Shown in pieces: positions 30,080 through 42,842 of a stretch of 64,000 nucleotides of DNA (the stretch's first letter is position 1; each line of letters begins with the position of its first letter). The translations under genes and the position numbers were made by a program. The notes under the pieces were generated by a model. The model was not told where the DNA came from and searched no databases. It saw only the letters and a list, made by a program, of their open reading frames with translations. The stretch is from Rebecca billardiae RCC1528 (lineage: Eukaryota > Protista > Haptophyta). Location of the stretch: assembly GCA_965240325.2 (NCBI GenBank), contig OZ251234.1, positions 1,426,001-1,490,000 of the forward strand, written 5' to 3'.

Positions 30080-33000
30080 CTCCGCTGCAGCCGCCGCTGC
30101 CGCCAGCGCCGCCCGCCGCGCCGCCTCCCCCGTCGCCCCCGCCGGCGCCGCCCAACCCTCCCCTGGCGCCGCCGCCGCCGCACCCGCCGCCCATCCCGCT
30201 CCCGCCGCCCAGCCCGCCGCCGCCGATGCCGCCGGCCGCGCCGCCGACGGCCCCGCCGCCGAGCCCGCCGCGCGAGCCGCCGGCGCCTCCGCCGCCGAGC
30301 CCGCCGCCGCACGCCCCCCCCGGGCTGGCGCCGCTGTCGCCGCCGCACCCGCCCCCGAGCCCGCCCCCCGCGCTGCCGCCGAGCCCGCCGCCGACGCCGC
30401 CGCCGCCGGTGCCGCCGCCGAGCCCGCCGCCCGCGTCGCCGCCGAGCCCGCCGCCGAGCCCGCCGCCGCCGCTCCCGCCGCCGACGAGCCCGCCGCCGCC
30501 GCTCGCGCCGCCCTCGCCGCCGCCGAGCCCGCCGCCGCCGCACCCGCCGCCGCGCCCGCCGCCGCACCCGCCGCCGCCCGCGCCGCCGCCCCTTCCGCCG
30601 CCGCTGCCGCCGCCGCAGCCGCCGCCGAGCCCGCCGCCGCCGCCGCGCACCGAGCCGTTCCCGCCGCCCGCGCCGCCGAGGCCGCCGCCCTCGCCGCCGC
30701 CGCCGCCGCTGCCCGCGCCGCCGCCGTTCCCGCCGCCCTCGCCGCCCACGCTCTGCTTCTGCGCGGCCGGCCAGGTCGACGCCTCGCTCACCGAGGAGCG
30801 CAACACGAGCGCGGCCGTGCGCTTCACGCTCTCCGCGGACGACGAATACGTGCCGCCCGCCGCCAACCAGAGCGTGAACAGCTCCGACGTCTTCCACTTT
30901 GGCGTGCACGTGTGGCCGGACGAGCCGAGCGCGGCGACGCGGCTCACGCTCGGCGTGGCGGAGCGCTCGCGCGCGCTGCCCGTCGGCTCGGCCCTCGAGG
31001 CCGCCGTCGCCGTCGGCCTCCCGCTCGAGTACTCGCTCGGCGTGTCGCTGCCGCAGTTTGACGCGGCGCTCGCGCGGCCCAACGGCACGGACGGCGGCGA
31101 CGCGCTCGACTTCGTGAGCGGCTCGCAGCCCACGCAGCTGCGGCTGAGCCTAAGGCGCGAGGACGTGCTCGACGGCGGCGAGCCCGCGCTCGAGCTGGCG
31201 CTCTGCCGCCCGAGCTGCGAGCAGGCGCGCGCCGTCGCCGCCGCGCACGGCGACTCGCGCCGCCGCCGGCTCGAGCACGGCGGCGGCAGCACGGCCGTGT
31301 ACACGGCGAGCGCGCCGCCGCCCGACGACGCTCGGCTGTACACGATCCTCGTGCCGGCGGACGCGCTGGTCGGCGGCGAGTGGGAGGTGCAGCTCGCGGC
31401 GAACGCGACGGCCCCCGGCCTCGCGCGCTTCGCCGACGCCGCGCGCCGCGTCGTGCCCTTCAGCCTGCTCGCCGCTTACAGCTCGGTCGTGCAGCCGGGC
31501 GACGGCGGCGCGCTGAGTGCCGTCTTCTACCCGGCGCTCGGCGAGAGCGGCACGCACGCGGTGTACTCGGCGCACGCGGAGGGCGAGGTGAGCGTGCTCG
31601 TGAGCACGCCCGCCGGCGCGCCGAGCGGCGGCGCGCTCAGCGTGTACGTGCGCCGCGGCTCGTTCGTCGACGTGCCTGCGGGCGCGTACGATGCGAGCGC
31701 GCACGGCGCCGCGTCGGCCGAGGCCGACGGCGGCGCGCTGCACGGCCTCACGCTGCGAGAGGCGGGGCGGCGCACGCGCGGGCTGTGGCTTGTGCACGTG
31801 GTGAGCAACGGCACCGCCGCCGTCGAGTACCGCGTCGCGCTGCGCGTCTCCCCGCTCGTCCTCCCGCTCTCCGCCCCCGAGCCCGCCGCGCACGCCGGCG
31901 TGACCGCCGCGCCGGCCATCCTTCAGCCGGGCGCGCAGCACACGTACCTCGTCCCCGCGTCCGCGGCGTCGCTGCTGCACGCGCTCGCGCTGCTGGAGGG
32001 CGGGCCGCGGCCGGAGGTGCGCGTCGGGCTGGTGGACGGCGGGTACGCGGACGCAGACGGCAGCAGCAGCGCCGCGCTCCGCTCCGCGGCGGACGACGCC
32101 GTGCGGCCGCTCGCCTCGCAGGCCGCGCCCACGCCCAACCTCACCCTCTCGGCCGGCAGCGCGTGGCCGCGCGACGGCTCGTCGTCGGCCGCGACGAGCA
32201 GCGACGGCGCCGTGCCCGTGCAGCTCGGCGTGCAGCCGGGCGGGCAGAACGGCACGCTCGGCCGGCTGTACCGCCTCACCACCGCGCTCGCCGTCGACTG
32301 GGACGGCGCGAACGGCAGCGCGGCCGAGGCGGTCGGCGGGCAGCTGTACGTCGTGCGCGTGGCCCACGTCGCCGACGACGGCGGCGCGGACGAGAACGGC
32401 GTGGGCGGCGGCGGCGCGGTGAGCACGGTGTACGCGCTCGGGCTGTTCGCGCAGTCGAGCGAGCTGCCCCCGCCCGCGTCCTTCGCCCAGCCCTCCACCT
32501 CCGCCTTCCAGCTCAGCCTCCCGCCGCGCGCGTCCGTGCAGCTGCGCGTGCCGGGCGACAGCAGCACCGTGCACGAGCTCGACGCGCTGCTGAGCGCGCC
32601 CGCGGACGCGGCCGCGGAGCGGGACGGCGTGCGCGTCACGCTCGCGCCGTCGGCGAGCGCGGCGTCCGATCCGGGCAGCGCGCCGAGCCGCGTGCGCGAG
32701 TGCGGCCCGGCCGCGCCCGGCGCGGCGGAGGCCCCGTGCGGCTGGCTCTCGCGCGCGCCGCCGTGCGCGCACGCCGGCGGCGCGCGCACGCTCACCCTCT
32801 CGCGCGCGCACGACAACTCAACAGACGCCGAGCAGACGCTTCTGCTCGACGTGCTGGCGACGCTGCGCGACGCGCGGCTGCCGATGGGCTCGGACGGCGC
32901 GGTGGCCGTCGAGCTGGAGGTGATCGGCGGGCTCCCGTCCACGCTGGTCCTCGAGGCCGGCGCCGCGCTCGGCGCCGAGCACGCCGAGGTGCGCGCGGCC

Positions 33001-36000
33001 GCTGTCTCGAACGGCACGGAGCTCATGCTCGCGCGCGGCGGCGCGGCCGGCACGGGCGGCGCGCCGGCCGCGCGCGTGCGCGTCGCGACGGACGCGTGCG
33101 TGGACGCGGACACGTTCGACGCGCAGCTCGCGCCGCTCGTCACGCCCGTGCTCTGCGAGCGCGTCGCGTACATCAACGGCACCGAGCGCCTCGTCCTGCG
33201 GGCGGCCGACGACGAGTGGAGGTGCGCGCCCGACGCGCACCTCTCGGCCCGCAACGCGGAGCGCGCGCGCGGCTCGCGCGTCGACGCGGACACGCTCGCG
33301 CTCTCGCCGCCGGTGGGCGAGGCGCGGCGGTACCTTGTCGACGCGCGGCGCGCGCGCGAGCTCTCCCTCGAGCGCCCGCGCGAGAACGTCAGCGCCTCCT
33401 TCTACGCGTACGACGTGGACGCGTCGCGCGCAGAGCACACGCTGTGCGCGCGCGGCGCGTCGAGGCTCTACTTCTCGCTCGAGCCGGACGAGTCGGCGCT
33501 GCCGGGCGAGCGGCTGGCGCTGGCGTTCACGGTGGAGGCGTCGGCGCTGGTGAACATGGCCGAGCGCTTCTCCTTCTCCGCCGTCACCGAGCTCGTGCAG
33601 TACCGCGTGCCCGGCACTGAGGTGTCGCAGCTCGACCTCACGATGACGTACGGAGCGCTCCGACACTTCCGCTTCGAGCTCGCCGACCCGATGGCGCGGC
33701 TGCGCTTCGAGACGCGGCTCGAGGCGGAGTCGGCGTACGAGAACCCGGTGGACGCGCTCGCCGAGCGCGCGCTCTCGCGGGACATGCTGCTCGTCCGCCG
33801 CGGCGCGTGCCCCACGCCGCTCGCGTACGACGTCGCCGAGTGGCAGGACTTGGACGCCGCGTCCGAGCCGGCCGCGGACAAGCCGATGCAGGCGGCGACC
33901 GTGCAGTACGACGACGCCGAGGTCGGCTCGTACTTCGTGGCGGTGTACGGCGTGTCGCCCGACGAGCACGTCATCTCGTTCTGGGCCGAGCTGCAGTGCG
34001 GCCTCGGCGCGTCCACCCTCGCCTTCGACGGCTCGTGCACGCCCTGCCCCGTGGGTACGTACCGCGCAGACCCGGAGCGCGCGGACTGCTCCTTCTGCGA
34101 GCAGGGCTCGATCGCGCCGAGCAACGGCACGGTGAACTGCACGCTGTGCGCGGCGGGGACGTTCCTGCCCGCGGAGGCGTCGGAGGTGAGTAACGCGGAG
34201 GAGAACCCGCCCACCGAGTGCACGCCGTGCGAGCCCGGCTTCGCGCAGCCCGAGGAGGGCGCGGTGCAGTGCGAGCGGTGCGTCGACGGCACGTACAACC
34301 CTTTCGACGGCATGTCCGAGTGCTTCACGTGCCCCAACAACACAAAGTCGTTCGTCGGCGCGACGGTGGCGGACGACTGCCAGTGCAAGGCGGCGTTCTA
34401 CTCGCCCGCCGGCCGCGCGGGCATGGACTGCCTCGAGTGCCCCGTCGGCGCCACGTGCCCCGGCGGGCGCGCGGGCCCGTACGCGCGGCGCGCGTACTGG
34501 CAGCTCGCGGAGGACCGGTACCAGCGCGTCTTCCCCACCTGCCTGTACCCGGACGCGTGCCTGGCGGGGAACACGTGCGCCGAGGGGTACACGGGCTTCC
34601 TGTGCTCGCGCTGCCGCCCCGGCTACTACACGCGCTCGGGGCTCTGCTGGGAGTGCCCCGTGATGTTCGACAACGTGCTCTCCGCGGAGAACACCGGCCG
34701 CGTGATCCTGCTGTTCACGGGCGCGGTCGTCGTGTTCATCGCCATCTGCCTCTACCTGCTCTCCGGCCCGGACCAGCTCGAGCGGACGACGTCGTTCTTC
34801 GTCACGTTCAACTTCCTGCAGATCATCAACTACTTCCCGCTGTACAAGCTCAACTGGCCGCCGTTCGCCGTCTCGCTCATGTCCTCCCTCGCCTTCGCCA
34901 ACTTCAACATCGAGATCCTCGCGTTTGAATGCTTCTTCCCGTCGATCGGCTTTGTGCAGCGCGTGCTCATCTCGTTCGCGCTGCCCTTCTTCATGCTCGC
35001 GGTGCTCGGGCTGCTGATGCTCGTGTTCACGCTGGGCGACGTGCTGCGCCTGCTCGTCGACCGGCTGGGCTGCCGCCGCGGCGTCGAGACCACCATCGTC
35101 TCGCGCGCCGCCGAGCGCAACTCGGTGTACCGCGAGGAGCCGCGCGTACGGCACACGCTCGCGTCCGCGCTGTGCGGCGCGACGCTCGCGCACCGCCTCA
35201 ACCGCTTCATCTCGGCGCTGCTCATGTTCGTGAACATGTGCCACATCTTCCTGGCGTACAACGTGGGCTCGCTCTTCCAGTGCCGCGAGGTCGCCGCGAG
35301 CCACGGCCTCGAGCGCGCCGTCTCCGTCCTCGAGCGCTTCCCCGACGTCGTGTGCGGCTCGCGCGACCACGAGCGTCTCGCGTGGCTCGGCCTCGCCGGC
35401 CTGATGCTGTACGTGGTGGGCTTCCCGCTCTCGATGTTCCTCGTGGTGAACCGCGGGCGGCGGACGGGCGCGTTCGAGAACCCCACGTTCAAGCAGCGCT
35501 TCGGCTTCTTCTACCACCGCTTCGAGGACCAGTACTGGTTCTGGGAGTTCGTCAACATGGCGCGCAAGCTCGTGATCGTGTACGGCGCGATGCTGCTGTC
35601 CGAGTTCACGCTCGTGCAGACGGGGCTGGGGCTGCTCACGCTCTTCCTCTCGGTGATCGCGCAGGACTACACGCGGCCGTACAAGAACGACATCGGCGAC
35701 AACCTCGACTTCGTCCTCACCATGTGCGCCCACTTCCTCCTCTTCACCGGCCTCCTCTACTACGCGGGCGAGGTGCGGCGCACGCGCGCCCGAGCGGGAG
35801 CGGCGCCGCGCGGCGCCGCGCGCGCGAGCCGGCGCGGCGCCGCGCGCGCGAGCCGGCGCGCCGGCGCTCACGGCACGGGCCGCGCCGCGCCGCCGGCGCG
35901 CGGCCATCGCCCGCGCCGCGCGCCGAGCAGATCAGCACCGAGGTCGCGGCGATCACCAACGGGTACTACGTCGTGCTGCGCGAGCTGATGGTGCACCTGA

Positions 36001-37469
36001 TCTTCCTGTTTGGCGTCGCGTCCGCGCTCACGTCCGTCTGGTACGAGCTGCGCCGGTACGCGCGCGAGCGGCTCGGCTCGAAGATGAGCCAGCGCGGGAT
36101 GCAGGACGACGTGGTCTCGGAGATCGTCGACCTGTCGCACAAGATCCTGCTCCCCGCGCTCGTGCCGAAGATGCTCTCCTTCACCGAGGCGTCGTCCACG
36201 CAGGTGCGTGCGGCGCCGCGCGCCGCGCCGCGCCGCGCCGCGCGCTCGGCCTCGGCGCGGCGCCGCGCCGCGCTCACTCGGCGCGCGCGCCCTCCGCGCC
36301 GCGCGCGCGCGCAGGAGCGCAAGGCCCTGCTGCAGGTGCTGCGCACGCTCGAGCAGCACTACCTGGACAACCTCGAGCCCACGCAGCCGGTCTGGACCTA
36401 CCTCTCCGACTTCTGGGTCAAGCTGTGGCGCAACGTGATGTTCCTGGCCTCGCTGATCGTGCTTGTGCTGCGCATCCTAACGTGCCAGCCGCTGCAGCGG
36501 CAGGCGGTGCTGTCGAAGCGGCGGAACAAGGCGTTCGAGGAGGAGGAGAAGCGGCGGCGGCGGCAGGAGGAGTGGCGCCCCGCGCTGCTCCGCCGCGCGC
36601 GCGAGCGCCGCTACCGCCGGCGCACGCAGCAGCGCAGCTCGACGCGCAACGACTCTGAGGACTCCTCGAGTGTGCCGGGCGGCGAGCGCGCGCGCGGGGG
36701 GTCCTTCATGCAGGGCCCCGGCACGGGCAGCCTGCTCAACGTGCACGCGGCGGGCGGCGCGCAGCGCCCGCCGCCGCTCGTGCGCGGCGACTCGGGGCAC
36801 TCGGGCATCGAGACGGGCGGGGCGAACATCACGCTCAAGAACGCGCTCAGCGCCATGTTTGGCGCAGAAGGCGACGACAGCCGGCTGCGCGACACCGCGG
36901 CAGACTCGCCAAAGCCGCGCGCCGCAAAGGCGCCGGAGCAGGGCTGGTTCGGCGGGTGGGCGGGCGGCGCCAAGCCCGCGCCCGGCGAGCGGCGGTGGAG
37001 CGGCGGCGTCGCCACCGGCGACCAGCGGCACTGGAGCATCGGCAGCGGCGAGCGGCGGTGGAGCGGCGAGCGACAGCCCTGGGGCGGCCCCGCCGGTGGC
37101 GCGGCGGGCGTGCTCGGCGGCCTCTTCGGCGGCGCAGGCAGCAGCTCGCAGCGCGACGCCAAGCCCAAGGAGGACGGCCCCGCGAGCGGCGCCGACGGCA
37201 AGAAGCGCGTCCTCTTCCCGTTCGGCGGCAAGCCCGCCCAGCCGGCACCCGCGCTCACCAGCGAGCCGACGTGGCCGAGCCTGCACGCCGGCGCCAGCGA
37301 CGAAGGCCGCACGTGGCCCGTCAGCGAGAAGGCGGCAGGCACCAACCGCCGCTCGGGCTCCGAGACAGACGACCAGCGCAGCTCGAGCAGCGCGAGCAAG
37401 CCATCGTCCGAGCAGACGCTGCCAGGTGCTGCCGCCGCCAAGGGCAAGAAGCCCGCTCGTCCGTCGTGA
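29034..37469 (+). CDS. Giant cell-surface protein: signal peptide, extensin-like poly-Pro stalk, beta-rich ectodomain, Cys-rich (ephrin-receptor-like/GCC2-GCC3) repeats, multi-pass TM region, cytoplasmic tail; introns 29164-29269, 35773-35930, 36204-36314
   Basis: Splice junctions restore the frame (DGG|EFQT, GE|ISTE, TQ|ERK); CTPCPVGTY, CTLCAAGTF, CAEGYTGFLCSRC; FGFFYHRFEDQYWFWEFVNMARKL, RPYKN..NLD. Confidence 0.88.
29935..30748 (+). repeat. Coding poly-proline (SPPP/APPP) low-complexity repeat
   Basis: ccgccg-rich tract encoding ~270 aa, mostly Pro. Confidence 0.95.
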
Positions 37470-38029
37470 CCGGTTCTGAGCCGCACCGCCGGGCGTGACT
37501 CAGCCGTGACTGCACTGGTGGGCGACTACGACCTACGAGGCCGGGGGGGCCGGGGGGCCGGGGACGACGTCGACGTCGACTGCGACGAGCGCTGATCCTG
37601 CTCATGCTGTCCTGGTGTTTGTCCAGGCTGCTGACCGGTCTGCTACAGCTTACTACTGACTCGGACGCCTGCCCGTCGCATGCCGCACGACGTTTATTTT
37701 TAATAAATGGTATAATAGCTAGTAAGGTATCATGAGTAGTATTTTAAAATCATTTTTAAAATATATATTATAATATTGAAATAACTATGTTAATGTACGC
37801 TATTATTATATATTTAACGACGCTATTATTATATATTATAATGATACTTGATTATATTATATATAAATTATAACAAATAACGGTGCCTCAGCTGCTCTGA
37901 GTCCGATCTGCTGTCGACATTCTGTCACTCATCAGTCGCTGTACAGTGCCCCGACGTTCCATGGCACGTCTCAGTCTCGTCGTCTCATGATGGGAATCGG
38001 CGGACAGTCGGCGGATTGCCGTTCGCGGG

Positions 38030-38807
38030 TCATAACGCCGCCGCGGGGTGCGGCGCCGCAGATGCCGGGAAAGCTCGGGCCGCGCGCAGCAGACGGGCTG
38101 ACCGCCGCCCTGAGCCTGTGGCCGATGGGCGGGGTGGCACGGTGCACGCGCGTACGGCGCAGGGCCGCGGGCGCGCGGGCGCGCGCCGAGGGCGCGGGCC
38201 TCGCGCGGTCTCACCAGGGACTCGCCCTGGCCCGTGTGGTCCGGAGGCGTGCGCTCCACGGTGACCTGCAACCCCCCGCGCGGCTGCAGCAGAGCAGCGC
38301 CGGAGTGGAGCGGCGCAGTGGGCCGGCGGGTCAGTCCCTCCACGGCGAGAAGGGCAGACGCGCGGAGAGATGCGTGCCGTGCTGGTCGATCCAGCGCAGC
38401 GCATCGCTCACCGAGTCAGACTCCACCCGCGTGTCCGCGAGGCCGAGGGTGTCGAAAGACTCGGCCATGTCGCTCGTGTACGTGGCACGCCCCGGCGAGG
38501 CCGGTGCGGCATGCACGCCGGAGAATCTGGCGAAGCGCACGGCGTCTGAGACGAGGGGCGCACGGGGTGCACGCAGCGCGAGTGCGCGCCGCCGAGAGCC
38601 AAACCCGCGGCGGCGTGGCCCTCCCTTGGCGTGGGGCCGAGCCTTTGGGCGCGCGCCCTGCAGTCGCAACGCCGTGAGCACGCTGCGCAGATCAGCGGCG
38701 CGGGGCTCGGGCCCGCAGCGCGCGCGCCGCTTGACTCTAGCGACACCGCCGCCAGACCTGGGGGCGGCACGCGCGCCCTGCCGAGCTTTCCTCAGCGCAG
38801 AGACCAT
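38030..38807 (-). CDS. Small multi-exon hypothetical protein
   Basis: ATG at 38807 divergent from the SET gene; coding-like segments (SDMAESFDTLGLADTRVESDSVSDALRWIDQH) separated by intron-like GC tracts; exon structure unresolved. Confidence 0.3.
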
Positions 38808-38986
38808 GGCCAACAGGCCCAAGTTGCGAGGGCAGCGAGGCCGCGTCTGGAGGCGGCGGCGGCGGAAGGCACGCTGTAGCAACTTCAACTGGCGCGGGAA
38901 GCCGGGAACTGGGAAGACGTGTCCGCCTTGGCCGGACTGAAAACCGGCTAGCGACCGGACTGCTGGCGAGCGGGTCGTGGAGCGCA

Positions 38987-40411
38987 ATGGCCGCGAGCGA
39001 AGACGCCGCTCGGCCCTTGGGTGGTCTGGTTAGCGACATGCAAGCATGGGCTGTCGACCTCGGCGTCGTGGGCGCGGGCTGTGTGGAGGTGCGCTCGTCG
39101 ACGATCGGTGGCGCCGGTGGGCTGGGTGCGTTCGCGAAGGTGCCCATCACCGCCGACGCGGCCGTGCTGCGCGTGCCCCTCAGCAGCTGCCTCTCGCTCG
39201 CCAACGAGAGCGTGCGCGCGCGAGCGGACATTGCCGACACGGTCGACGCGCTCACGCCGCACGGGCGGTTGTGCGCGCTCGCACTCGTGGTGGCGGGCGA
39301 GATGATCCGCCCTTCAGACGCCCAGCGAGCCCCCTGGCTCGCGTGCTGGCCGCGCTGCGCCGAGGGCACGCTGGGCATGGCACCTCACGGCGATGCGTGG
39401 CGCGCGCTCGAGCACGGCCCCGGCGCGCGCCCGGTGCTCGCCCTGCACGAGCAGCACGCCTCGATGGCCGATCGTGCGTGGCGCGAAGTGCTCGAGCCGC
39501 GCGTCGCCCGCGCGCGCGACGCCCCCGACGCCGCCGCCGCCGTCCTCGCGCAGCTCGACCGCGCGCGGTGGAGGCACGCGCTCTCAATGGTGCTCTCGCG
39601 CGCGCTCAACCTGCGCGTGCACGGCGAGTCACAGCACGCCATCGTGCCGCTCGTCGACATGCTCAACCACACGCACGCCGCCGAGGACGCGTGCCGCGTG
39701 CGCTTCGACGACGACGCGCGGGAGTTCGTCCTCGTCGCCAACCGCGCCATCGACGCGGGCGAAGAGGTGCGGCTCTGCTACGGCGCCAAGGCCAACTCCG
39801 AGCTGCTCGCTGCCTACGGTTTTGCGCTGCCCGCCAACGGCTGCGACGACGCGCTCGTCGAGGTGCCTTTCGGCGTGGCCGGGGAGCCGATGATGCTGAC
39901 GATGCAGAAGCTGGGCATGCTCCCGGCCACGCTCGTCCGTGCCGCCGCGACCGGACCCGACGGCCGGCGCGTGCTGCCCGTCGAGCTGAGCTGGGTGACG
40001 GAGGGCGACACCGGCGTGGGCGGCGGTCGGGACGGCACCGAGCGTGCTCGCCCCTCCGACTCATCGCTGCTGCTGCTGCGGATCAGCGCGGCGAGCGCGG
40101 ACGACCTTGACAGCCTCGGCCGCGCGTTCGAGGGCATGGCCATCTCGCCCGAGGCGGAAGCGCGCGCATGGCATCAGCTCGCCGCCGCGTGCGAGGCCAG
40201 TCTGCGCGCGGCAGCTCCCGCAGCTGCACTCGCAGGGCCGGGTGCCGCCGATGGCCCTGACCGCGACCTGCGCGCCGTGCTCGCTGCGGATGAGACGTTC
40301 ATGGGCTCCATCGAGGCCCTCCACAGCGGCGTGCGCAGGCTGCTGGCGAGCGCCATCGAGGAGAGTGTGGCTGTCGCCGCCGCGCTGCCCTCTCTGGATC
40401 CGCCGTCGTAG
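38987..40411 (+). CDS. SET-domain lysine methyltransferase (Rubisco LSMT/SETD6-like)
   Basis: GLGAFA, SRA, IVPLVDMLNH, GEEVRLCYGAKANSELLAAYGF. Confidence 0.92.
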   Translation: MAASEDAARPLGGLVSDMQAWAVDLGVVGAGCVEVRSSTIGGAGGLGAFAKVPITADAAVLRVPLSSCLSLANESVRARADIADTVDALTPHGRLCALALVVAGEMIRPSDAQRAPWLACWPRCAEGTLGMAPHGDAWRALEHGPGARPVLALHEQHASMADRAWREVLEPRVARARDAPDAAAAVLAQLDRARWRHALSMVLSRALNLRVHGESQHAIVPLVDMLNHTHAAEDACRVRFDDDAREFVLVANRAIDAGEEVRLCYGAKANSELLAAYGFALPANGCDDALVEVPFGVAGEPMMLTMQKLGMLPATLVRAAATGPDGRRVLPVELSWVTEGDTGVGGGRDGTERARPSDSSLLLLRISAASADDLDSLGRAFEGMAISPEAEARAWHQLAAACEASLRAAAPAAALAGPGAADGPDRDLRAVLAADETFMGSIEALHSGVRRLLASAIEESVAVAAALPSLDPPS

Positions 40412-40883
40412 TCTACTAATACTGCGACTGCCCTGGGCCAGGCGCGACTCCGCAACGCGCGTCCGCGACGACTTCCGGCGGTTCCGCGACCGCGGCCCGC
40501 CAGTCGCGATTATCGCGTCATAATTACGCAGCGCACGGGCCATGACGATAGCGAGCACTCTCATATCGGACACGATGATGCCTCGTCCACATCGTCGCGC
40601 GACTACCGAGTACGCCTGCCGAGGCTGCCGGTACGCCGTGCCGCCGTGCCGCCATGCCGCCGTGCGGCCACCGGGACGGTTGTCCAAAATAATGTCATTT
40701 ACTGCTGATTTATTAATTATATATATAGTGAAATGTCATCATCCGCGACTACACGGTCCATATCCTCAGCACCATGATGATTACGAATATGGCATGCAGC
40801 GTCGCACCGGTCTCCGCGCCAATGATACGATACGCGTGAGCCGACTGCCGAGACTCGAGAGGCACCGCCAGGCCGCCATCCGA

Positions 40884-42670
40884 TCAGCCGCACTTGCCGC
40901 AAGAGAGCTTGCACGCTGTGCTCATGTACTCCACGTTTCGTTCACACTCACCACTCGACGCCCACCACGCACAGTGCTCGCTCTCGTCCATGCAGCCCGG
41001 CGGGCCGGCAGGCCGGGCTGGCGCACCCTTGCGCGGGAACGTGCGCCCATGGTACCGCGTCGGATGGTTCCAGATCCACTGCGCCGGCGCGGCCAACGGC
41101 GCGCGGGCAGCCAGGCGTCGCGCGCGCGAGCGCCGGCGGTCAGCCGGGTCCGTCGCAATGGTGGCGACGCGCGCGCGCGCGGACGGACCTGGTTGGCGCC
41201 CCACTTGAGGTTGGCGCTCTCGCCGCGTGGCCGGCAGCCGCCGTGCAGCGAGCGCTCGTCCAGCCGGCCGTCGGGCAGCAGTGAGTAGAAGAGCACCGCG
41301 TTGCCCTTGATCGGCTTGACCGCGAGCCCGCGGTAGCAGTCCTCGTGGTCGCCGTTCCACGGGTTGTACTCGGTGCCGTTGGCGTTGAGCGCGCGCGGGA
41401 AGAAGGTCTCGCCGCCCTCGGAGACGGATGAGACGTACCAGAAGAGCGTGGCGAGCCGGTTGCGCGCGCCGTACTCGACAGAGGCCAGCCTGCAGGCCGC
41501 GGGTGGCGCGCGCGCGCGCGCGTCAGCTGCGCGCGCGCGCGCGGGCGCGCGCGCGCGGGGCGACGACGGCGGCGCGCACATCTGCGGCTGCTGGTGGTAG
41601 TCGTTGGCGCTGAAGAAGTCGCGGTGCGCGCCGTACTTCTGCCCCTTCTCGTACTTCACCACCTGGATGTTCTCGCCCAGGTGGTACGGCAGCCGCGTGA
41701 GGTTGTGTGCGCGGTGCTCGAGGTCGAGGATCGTGCGCGAGCCGCCGCGCGCCATGAACGTCTGCTTCGACGTGCGCACGCCCTCCTCGGAGCGGTCGGA
41801 CGAGTCCATGTGCGCGAGGGGCGAGGGGACCAGCCGCTTCGACGCGTACTCGATGATGTACTCGCACTCCGCGTCCGTCAGGAACCCCGACAGCTCGAAG
41901 ACGAGCGGGCGCAGCGACGCGGTCGTGATCGGCACGGTGCGCCAGCTCTCGGCGCCCGTCCGCTCGTCGACGACGGGCACGTCGACGTTGGTGACGTGGC
42001 CGATCTCCCAGCCGGGCCAGAGGAACTGGCCGCCCTCGTACACGCACACCAGCTCGCCCGGCGCCAGCTGCGCCGACGCCGAGCTGATGTGCTCGCCCAC
42101 CGGGCTGAAGAGCTCCCACTCGTGAGGTGGGTACGCGTACACCGAGTCGACGACGGTCGGGTCGTCGTCGCCGTGGGTGGAGGAGAGCACGGGGCGGAGG
42201 GCGTCGAGGAGCGCGTGCACGTCGGTGGCGCTCACGACCTGCACCTCGTCCGTCGCGCGCACCAGCGCGCGCACCGTGATCGACGTGGGGCTGACCGAGT
42301 CGACGCAGAGGGCGTGGAAGCCTGGCCACACGACCGGCATGTGCGTGAGCTTGCGCTGCTGGCGCGCGCACTCCGCGCCGTCCATGGGCTCGGGTGCCTT
42401 CGCGCGCACCCACGCCGGCGGGTGCGAGGCGGGACCGCCCGATGCGCGCTGCTGCGCGCGGTCAGGCGCCGAATCGGAAGGGCGGGGCGCCCGCTGCTCC
42501 TGCGACGAGCTGTTGAGCGGATTGCTCGAGGAGAAGACGAGGGCGTACGCGAGCGCGGCGATCGCGACGGCGAGCGAGAGCATCTTGCCCACGCTCCCGA
42601 GGCCGCCCTCGCCGCGCGGCTTGGCTCGCGCGCCTGTGGCCTTCTTCGCCGCCTTCTTCGCGTTGCTCAT
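40884..42670 (-). CDS. Prolyl 4-hydroxylase (2OG-Fe(II)) with N-terminal TM anchor and C-terminal ShKT domain; 2 introns
   Basis: FLTDAECEYI, VRTS, ENIQVVKYEKGQKYGAHRDFF, RLATLFWY..GGETFFP, SLHGGC..KWGANQW; CMDESEHCAWWASSGECERNVEYMSTACKLSCGKC. Confidence 0.93.
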
Positions 42671-42842
42671 GTCGGGGTCACAAGGATGGCGTCGGTGCGC
42701 GAGGTCGGGGGTCTTGCGGTTGAGTTTGCACAAAGCAGTCCGGACTTTCACGGGAAGGGCGGCAAGCTGATTGGCTGCGCACCCGATCGTATTAGGGTCT
42801 CACGGCCGCTCGAAAAGGCGACAGGACGCGACGTGCCGAGCG

